A DNA stretch of 64,000 nucleotides, taken from positions 1,178,001-1,242,000 of the forward strand of contig OX337228.1 in the NCBI GenBank assembly GCA_946965045.2, written 5' to 3'. This document shows positions 56,164 through 64,000 of the stretch, piece by piece (position 1 is the stretch's first letter; each line of letters starts with the position of its first letter). Made by a program: the position numbers and the translations under genes. This DNA comes from Epithemia pelagica. Taxonomy: Eukaryota > Protista > Bacillariophyta. The notes under the pieces are model-generated. The model did not search any database, was not told the DNA's origin, and saw only the letters and a list, made by a program, of their open reading frames with translations.

Positions 56164-57551
56164 ATGTCCTCGGAGAGCGTCAAGAACAGTCCGACTGTCT
56201 TGGTGACGGGTGGTTGTGGATACATTGGGTCGCATACTTTGGTGTGTTTGTTGGAACAAGGCTACAATGTAGTGGTGGTGGACAATTTGTCCAACTCCTC
56301 CGTCACTTCCTTGGATCGAGTGCGAACCATTGTCGGCTTGCCGACTGCCAGCGACGACGTCAACAACAAGAAGGACCTGGACCGATTGGTCTTTTACGAA
56401 TTGGACATTTGCGATCCCGACAAGTTGCGTCAAGTCTTTGTCGATCAAAGCAACAAGCACGAAGGTCGACCCTTTCATTCTTGTATTCATTTCGCTGGTC
56501 TCAAGGTACGTGTTGGATGGTTGGTTTACAAGTTGGAGTCGTTGTGGGGTCGTCCAAGCCAAGGACGAATGACAATGGGGGGAACGAGTTGTGGATGGAA
56601 TCCCAGCGCAGTAATCCGTATCACCAGAGTCCCTTGCGTCAATGCTGGTGGATCTTCAATGTTTTCGCTGTCTGGCTCTTACGTCTTTGTCATGTTTGAA
56701 TGTTTTCTTGTCTCTGCTGCTACCCGAACGATCAGGCGGTTGGCGAATCGACCAAGATTCCTCTCAAGTATTACGAAAACAATTTGGGCGGAACCTTTAC
56801 CCTCTTACAGTTATTGGAAGAATATCAGTGCCATTCCCTCGTCTTTTCCTCCTCGGCCACGGTTTATGGGGCTGCCAAGGAAATGCCCATTACCGAACAA
56901 GCCACGGTAGGCTTTGGCATTACCAATGCCTATGGTCGTACCAAGTACATGATTGAAGAAATTCTGAAGGACTATTTCCAATCCATGACACTACGGAATA
57001 CAGAAACATCAACGACGGATTGGTCAATTGTTATTTTGCGCTACTTTAATCCAATTGGTGCACATCCGAGTGGTTTGATTGGCGAAGATCCCAATGGCAT
57101 TCCCAACAATCTCATGCCCTATGTGGCCCAAGTGGCTGTGGGTCGACGGCCGAAATTGACCGTCTTTGGCAACGATTATGCGGAATCGCACGATGGAACG
57201 GGTGTTCGCGATTATTTGCATGTCATGGATTTGGCCGAAGGACACTTGTCGGCTATTCAGTACATGGACCGACAAACACGGGGTCTCTTTACCTTTAATT
57301 TGGGAACAGGCACGGGCTACTCAGTCCTGGACATGGTAAAAGCCATGCAAAGTGCGAGTGGAAAGGAAATTCCCTACGATATTGGACCTCGACGATCGGG
57401 AGACATTGCCATTTGTTATGCCAATGCCGAAGCGGCGGCCTCGGAAATGAAGTGGCGGGCCAAACGCAATTTACAAGACATGTGCAAAGATTTGTGGAAT
57501 TGGCAATCGCAAAATCCGAATGGATACACGACACAAGACGAAAAAAAGTAG
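56164..57551 (+). CDS. GALE: UDP-glucose 4-epimerase, 2 exons, 385 aa
   Basis: Exons 56164-56505 and 56736-57551 (230-nt intron). VLVTGGCGYIGSHT Rossmann motif, HFAGLKAVGES, FSSSATVYG, YGRTK (YxxxK), LRYFNPIGAHPSG, GVRDYLHVMDLA. Confidence 0.97.
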
Positions 57552-58482
57552 AAACCATTCTCCCAAACAACCATCAAAGGGCACGTGTCCATCAGACCAA
57601 CTACATCAAACAATAACAAAATGTTACACGGTCGAGAGAGATTGCTTGTTTCGGCCATGCAAGGTTGGTATTTGGGGTGTCAAGCAAGATGTCCTTGTGA
57701 TGGTACCCTTACGTTTGGATGTGATCCATCGATATTTCATATTGTGATGGTTATGTCTCTTGGAAAAGGATGATTGTATGTGTTTTGTTCCTATTAGTGA
57801 TAGAGTTGTACTGCTGTAGGATCAATCTGTTTGCGTTGTCGTCTTTAGCATTGCTATTTCTCATTCGCTCCACACAGGTGTCTCCCTACAACCATTTGCA
57901 ACAACGCGCAAGACAGGATCCGGTGACATAGAGCCAAGCATATCGCAAAAGAGCACAGAAAACTCTCCGACAACAGCAACAATCAATGGCTCTCACGAGT
58001 ACGACATTGGTCCTGGTCAACGCGTCTGCTTGTTCCGTCTCTTCACCTCTCATGCCTAGACGGTCGAATGGAGGTAGAAGATGCAGAGAATTCCAGTCAT
58101 GTACTCCTACTCCTATAATGCAGCAACTTTGAGTGGTTTCCGATGTTGGATGGTACCAGAAATGAAGCCTCTGCTTGGTACAACTAGAGGGAGCTTTTTC
58201 AATTGGCTACTGGCTACGCTCCAAATCAATACTAGAGTAATATAGGTATTAGCAAAGGTTGTCGTGCGAGCCTCATTTGCGACGCGTGCAAAGTACCTGG
58301 CCCGCGCCGCTTCCCAGAAAGTTTGGGATGGGACGCAAAGAAGACCATGATCGTCGACTGTCGACTTCCTGTGTAGGGTCGACGACGACGACGACATCAT
58401 TTCATTGTTCCAAACCGCCTCCTTCGTGCAATAGCAACACACAACAGCAGCAACTCTGGGTAATGCGGCGTGAGTAAACAGC

Positions 58483-59748
58483 ATGGACCAGCAGCAGAAC
58501 GATATTGATATGAGTTATTCTCCCCATCATCGACGACGGAGAAAGGATGGCCAAGCAGGACAACCGCCCTTTATGCACAAGCTATTGCTTCGGTCTCCTA
58601 CCAACCCGCCTGTCCTTTCTCCCCTTCGTCCAAATCTACCCTCGAATCGACCCACCGAGGAGGATGAAACCATGCCGGCCGATCCACTCTTTTACGACAC
58701 GGCAAACAAGGATCCCTACCTGCTGCCACTTGAAATGGAACTATTGTGGTTGGCTGAAGAATCCAAGTTTGCCCAATTTGTTCCCCATTGGTCAAGTACT
58801 ACTAGCCCGAACACTTCTGAGGACTACGACTGGGCCTTTATCTATCAATACGCTTCGGCCCATTTGCAAATTCAAATCCGAGAGCACTTTGTGTTAGATA
58901 TCGTTATGGATTCACCAGAAAAAAATAAAAACAAGGATGAATCGAACCAATCTGGTCAGCAATGCAATCACAGCAACCATCCAAACCATAGCAGCCCTCA
59001 TGCCAAGCAGTTATTGTTGCCGTCCCGTTTGCTGGTGCGCCAAGATCGTTTGGTACAGATACGATTTCAAGAATTGTCCAAACAAGTCCGTAACAGTTTG
59101 GAACAAGGCGTTCGACGGCCTTGTATGAAGCACATTTTGGCGCAAAGACGGTTGGAAGCTCGACGTCAGCAACAATCATCATCATTAGCACAACAACAAG
59201 CCAAAGACAAGAACCCGGATTCTTTCGAGTCGGAGGCACCCGCGGCCGAATCCCGACAACCTGCAACTCTAGAAGCATTAGAGGGGCAAGCGGGTGTAGA
59301 GACTGCTCTCCCTCAGCAACCAAAAACAAGCATGGCAACCGACAACGATGGTATGGCGGTCATAACCAACCACCTGGCAAGTGCCGAAAACAAGGACACC
59401 GACATGGGAGGAGTGGAGGAAAACGACGAAACTAGAAAACAGGCAGCCACACGACAACGACACGGCCGTGCCGTCCAACAAGTGGATCCGGGGACACGAA
59501 CGGTGGTACGCGTCTTTGCGGACAAGACGTCGGCCGCAGAAGCCACAGGCCTCTCCGTCTTGGATATCGCGCGAGCCATTCAAGAAGAACCCCACTCGGC
59601 GGGCAATTTTCTATGGCAGTATGCACCGCTTCCTAACCGGCCCGATCCTGTGGGGAATAACCGCCATGAAACGAACAAGGAGAGTGAGAATGCTGTTCTA
59701 CCGGAATCGTCCATCAACAATCGTTACCAACAATCCATGATTATCTAA
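58483..59748 (+). CDS. Hypothetical protein with a C-terminal IENR1/NUMOD1-like helix-turn-helix module, ~421 aa
   Basis: ATG-started ORF. Segment 59473-59624 VQQVDPGTRTVVRVFADKTSAAEATGLSVLDIARAIQEEPHSAGNFLWQYA follows the NUMOD1/IENR1 pattern. The true 3' end is uncertain (possible intron 59684-59757). Confidence 0.7.
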   Translation: MDQQQNDIDMSYSPHHRRRRKDGQAGQPPFMHKLLLRSPTNPPVLSPLRPNLPSNRPTEEDETMPADPLFYDTANKDPYLLPLEMELLWLAEESKFAQFVPHWSSTTSPNTSEDYDWAFIYQYASAHLQIQIREHFVLDIVMDSPEKNKNKDESNQSGQQCNHSNHPNHSSPHAKQLLLPSRLLVRQDRLVQIRFQELSKQVRNSLEQGVRRPCMKHILAQRRLEARRQQQSSSLAQQQAKDKNPDSFESEAPAAESRQPATLEALEGQAGVETALPQQPKTSMATDNDGMAVITNHLASAENKDTDMGGVEENDETRKQAATRQRHGRAVQQVDPGTRTVVRVFADKTSAAEATGLSVLDIARAIQEEPHSAGNFLWQYAPLPNRPDPVGNNRHETNKESENAVLPESSINNRYQQSMII

Positions 59749-60319
59749 ACCACAAAGACGCGGCACTTCCTCAGTGGACATATGATTGGAGCGAAACGCA
59801 ACCCATTCACTACTACGTAGGCGGATCGAATCTGACAAATCATCCTCCAAGATGAATGAACGAGAATCGAACCGGAATCGGATGGGTCATGGAATCTCCT
59901 GTCAATGGATGAGAATTGATCATTGGGAGTTTGTACAATGAATGAGGATTCCATACGCGATCCCTTTTGGTGTGACAATAATGACCACAAGAAAGCCGAA
60001 TCAAGGATAGTCTTGTTGGTGTGTATCTGCCGTCGTTCCAGCGTTGTGTCTTCGCTGTCGAAGGGATCTTCTCACGAAACGAATCTCATTCCACCTACAG
60101 GCAGTGTGTTTCATTATCACAACGCAGATCGAATAATCCATCCATCTACAGAGACTTTTGTCCAAATAACACTTTGTTTGTATGGTTTTTTGAATCATCC
60201 TTTCTCCTCATCCCTTCCTCATAACCATTATTGCCTTTTAGTTGTGTTGGCCGAAACGTGCGCGATAATAACGCTAAATATGAGCGACTTCGCGAAGCAC
60301 AAAAAGATCCACCAGATCT

Positions 60320-63300
60320 TTTTCGTCCGAACCTGCAGTCCTAGAGAAGCGTTTATTCAAGATTTGGGGGCGTTCATTCAAGAAAGAACAGCGTGCAACT
60401 CGGGCATTTTGCTGATAGGTGATTTTAATGAGGCATTGACTGATTCTTATTCGGGGATGTCAAAACTGTGCTCTGATAACAACTTACAAGACATCATGTG
60501 GAAAGTACTTGGCACCACAGATTTCGGTACTCATGCGAAAGGACGAGACAGAATTGATTATGCACTGTGCAGCGACTGGGTCGCAACATCCGTTACGAAT
60601 GCATACTACGAGGCTTTTGGGTATCGTCCAAAGGGAGATCATAGAAACATCATGATCGATTTTGACATCGAGAAGCTATTCGGAAATCGCACACAACCTC
60701 TTGGACCTATCTCAAGTCGGAATTTCACGAGCCAAGATAAATCTTCGAATAGGAAATATATCGAAGCTAAGCACCGGTATTGCACCAATCACAATTTTGG
60801 ACAGAGACTTGCAGCACTACAACAACAATGGGATCAAGATGAAGCAGAGAAGCTGGACAAAGACTGGCAACGAGCTGGTGAGTTTGCGGCAGAGCAATGT
60901 TCCAAAAAGCCAAGAGGAGTGCCGTATGTTGCTGAGTTGGCCAAACTGAGAAAACGTAAGAACTTGCTTTTGAAACTTATCTCTGCTGCGAAGCTGAACA
61001 AGTCCTTCGATGCTGGTATCGCATACTTGACGAAGAATGGCCACCAAGGCAGTCTCCCATCTACTTTGGCAGATTGTCAGACTGAGTGCCGTGTTACACA
61101 ACAGAAAATCAAAGCATTGACGAAAACAGCGATTCACAGACGACAGAATGAACTCAAGATAGCTTTGCAAGAAGCGATTGATAGCGGTGACAAACAGAAA
61201 TCAAAAGCTCTCAAACACAGGATATCCGCCGAAAGAACCAAAGCAATGTACGCTAAACTTCGTCAATGCGGCGAGAATCCAAAAGCAGGCATAACTCGAT
61301 TAGACGTTCCATCGGACCAAGCAAATACCGATTACAATTCTTGCACAAGTTGGATAACTATTGATGCGCCTGCGGAAATAGAAGAACGACTACTTCAACG
61401 CAACCGTAACCATTTTGGGCAAGCCAAAGATGCATTTCTGACAAAACCACCGTTTTCGGAATGGTGCGACTGGGGAGCATCGTCTCACGTCGCAGAACTG
61501 ATCCTGGAAGGAGACTGGCAATCGGATGAACTCACCGATATGCAACAGTGCTTGATAAATCACATGAAAGCGAGAGTTACACTGGACGCGATTCCAAATA
61601 CAATAAGCACAGAAGAATGGGTGGGAAAAATTCGCTCGTAGCCCGAATCTACAACAACTTCTCCATCAGTCTTCCACCTTGGTCATAGTAAGGCTTTAAT
61701 CTCGAACCATGACATCGACACGAATACGCCAGAGGGATCCCAACTTGAACAGCAACGAGCAGATTTGATTGAGTGGCAAGTGTCATTGTTAAATTGCGCT
61801 CTTTCCAACCAATACTCCTTTGCGAGATGGCAACACATCGTGAACGTGATGATTCTCAAAGAGCCAGGCGACTTGAGAATCCATTGCCTACGAGTAATTC
61901 ATCTATATGAACAAGATTACAATCTTGTTTTGGCTATCAAGTGGCGAAAAATGATTCAGCTATGCACCAATCAACAGGTGTTGCATCCCACTCAATTTGG
62001 TGGAGTCCCCGGACGCGATGCTATTATCCCAACTCTCTGTGAAGAGTTTCAATACGAGATATCGAGAGCAAGTAAACGACCGCTTGTACATCTTGATTAC
62101 GACGCCACTGCGTGTTATGATCGGATTATTCTCTCGTTTGGCAGCTTGGCTTCAAGAAGCTTTGGACAGAACAGGTCTATTGTGTTCATAAACGCACGAA
62201 CACTCGAACAAGCGAAGTATTATTTGAAGACACAATTAGGGGTGTCAGAACGCTTTTACAAGCACTGTACTCTATACCCTATCTACGGTTCCGGGCAAGG
62301 TGCAGGAAACTCACCGGCCATTTGGTGTGTGGTGTCCAGTATTCTCTTTGAAACGTACGAAGAAGGTGCCCACGGCGCGTCTTTTGAATCACCAGACGGT
62401 TCTGTGAAAACAAAAGTGTTTATGATCGGATTCGTCGATGATACGAGTGGAAGTGCAAACGACTTCCGCCGCCCATCTCGTGCTCCTCCCGCCCATTATA
62501 TTTCCAAGGCCCAAGAAGATGCGCAACGTTGGAATGACGTGCTTGCTTTGTCTGGCGGTGCACTGAACCCTCAGAAATGCTCATACCATTTCATGTACTA
62601 TGATTTTAGTATTGACGGGATCCCTTTGCTTCAAGCTGGAACATTCGGCCCTACTATTACCATATCCTTCAACAATGACGCCCCAGCATCTCAATTGACT
62701 CAATTGTCGGCGTACAAAAGTCACAAAACCTTAGGGGTGCAGAAATCACCTCATGCAACCAATAAAGGCTTATATCTAGCTCTGGCCAAACGCAACAACA
62801 GTCACACGAAGATCATGGCTCGCAGCCCTTTTACCAGGACCGATGCATGGGCCTATTACCATGCCATATACTTGCCTAGTATATGCTACCCCTTTCCTTC
62901 TTCAACCATTTCGGATTCCTTTTGCACAGCATTACAACGTCAATTCAAGAAGGCTTTCTTACCTAAGTATGGTTTCAATCGAACCATGCCCAACGCTGTG
63001 GTATATGGACCGTCAGAACTCGGCGGAATCGGTCTCCGGACTCTATCCGTGGAACGTGGTATTGCTCAAGTATATCACTTTCTTGCCTGTATTCGATCGG
63101 AAGGCGTGCAGCAACAATTGGCACAAATTATGGTCTCTTGGGGCCAGTTTCTGGCTGGTACAGGAACCCTGATTTTAGAAGAAGTTCACACGCCATTGCC
63201 GCATATGGATCCAATGCAATGGATACCACAGATGCGTTCATTCCTGTCTACAGTCGATTGCAGACTTGAACTAGAGCAGACGTTTGTACCTGATCTTCAA

Positions 63301-64000
63301 CGAGAAGCTGACTCGTACCTGATGGACTTGGCACTTGCCCATACTACTTCTCCTACTGATCTGAAAGTCATCAACGCTTGTCGGCTTTACCTTGGAGTAA
63401 CCTTTGTCAGCGATATTTCTACTCCCGAAGGGAAAACAATCACTCGAGCTGCCCTTGACGGACGGCTGGATATTTTAACACAACACCGTGGTCTTATCCC
63501 GTATCAACGACGTCCCGGTCCCACGTCTTGGACCAAGTGGAAGAAATTTTTGCGTAGCTTTGTCAGCTCAACCCAACAAAGACACTTGCTCCAACCACTT
63601 GGAAAGTGGTATTTTGGTGGCTCCTCCACTTATCAGAATTGGCTTTCCTACTTGGATCGTCCTACGTCTCGCCTTTTTGTGTCTGCTCCGAACGGTCATT
63701 GGCTCGAATATCGTTACCAGGGCATGATCTTCTGGCCCACTACAATACTCCACTACTCTGTCCCACCATCAGCATGTCCGGCCCAAACTCTCACAACAGG
63801 ACTTGCAAAAATTTTGACATCGAGTCATTACGTGATTCCTCGGCCCGTTTCTCCAATTCCAAACTCTCTGACAGAACACATGCAACAATTAGATTCTTGG
63901 GAACGTTCTCTTTGCTCACAGTGCACCTTGGTTTGTCCTACTGCGGATCTCGCCACTTTTCTCCACTCCAATTCACCTTTACTGGTCAGCAGCGATGGTT
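60320..64000 (+). mobile_element. Non-LTR retrotransposon (APE-RT-RNase H, Ambal-like), 5'-truncated, one premature stop, runs off the window end
   Basis: One frame: C-terminal APE motifs ILLIGDFNE (~60418), RIDY (~60550), GDHR (~60634). TAG at 61639-61641 in KIRS*PESTTTSPS. Then open to 64000 with RT motifs DYDATACYDR, YGSGQGAGNSPAIW, GFVDD (62428-62442), GGALNPQKC, and the RNase H start LLVSSDG at the edge. The 5' boundary is approximate. Confidence 0.92.

Noticed and set aside
56164-56910. 248-aa ORF reading through the GALE intron
   Set aside because: Similarity to GALE stops exactly at the gtacgt donor (56506) and resumes in another frame after the cag acceptor (56735).
59923-60320. N-terminal extension of ORF 59923-61641 as part of the LINE protein
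   Set aside because: It lacks recognisable APE motifs (LVVLAET is only a weak match) and is most simply host 3' flank that happens to be in frame with the truncated element.

Overview
Eukaryotic, gene-dense window that looks like a pennate (raphid) diatom genome. This is inferred from short GT-AG introns, diatom-type protein families and an Ambal-like LINE. About 14 host genes are present: a CELF/Bruno RNA-binding protein, a GNAT-fold protein, an eIF4B-like protein, an NSD/ASH1-type SET methyltransferase, a coiled-coil protein, RCC1-, TPR- and ARM-repeat proteins, a SET-RRM-RS fusion protein, ribosomal protein P1, UDP-glucose 4-epimerase, an IENR1/NUMOD1-like protein and a partial acidic protein. 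The dominant feature is a ~10 kb secreted mucin/adhesin-like gene (44204->34159, minus strand). It has eight Cys-rich modules, four of them in near-identical 936-bp repeats, plus Pro/Thr/Ser linkers, a GGKK x4 motif and a vWA domain. Its last ~480 codons sit behind a TCA->TAA stop and a 1-bp deletion. A 473-bp hAT-like MITE with a 7-bp target-site duplication, subterminal TTTTAGAC arrays and telomere-like inner repeats interrupts the coding sequence of a membrane-anchored protein; removing it restores the ORF exactly. The window ends in a 5'-truncated APE-RT-RNaseH non-LTR retrotransposon with one premature stop. Other oddities are a diverged tandem duplication of a gene 3' end, a decayed tRNA-like sequence, CpG-poor relic regions and CTAG-rich palindromic patches. 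No rRNA, intact tRNA or CRISPR array was seen. All calls come from manual reading; no database searches were run.
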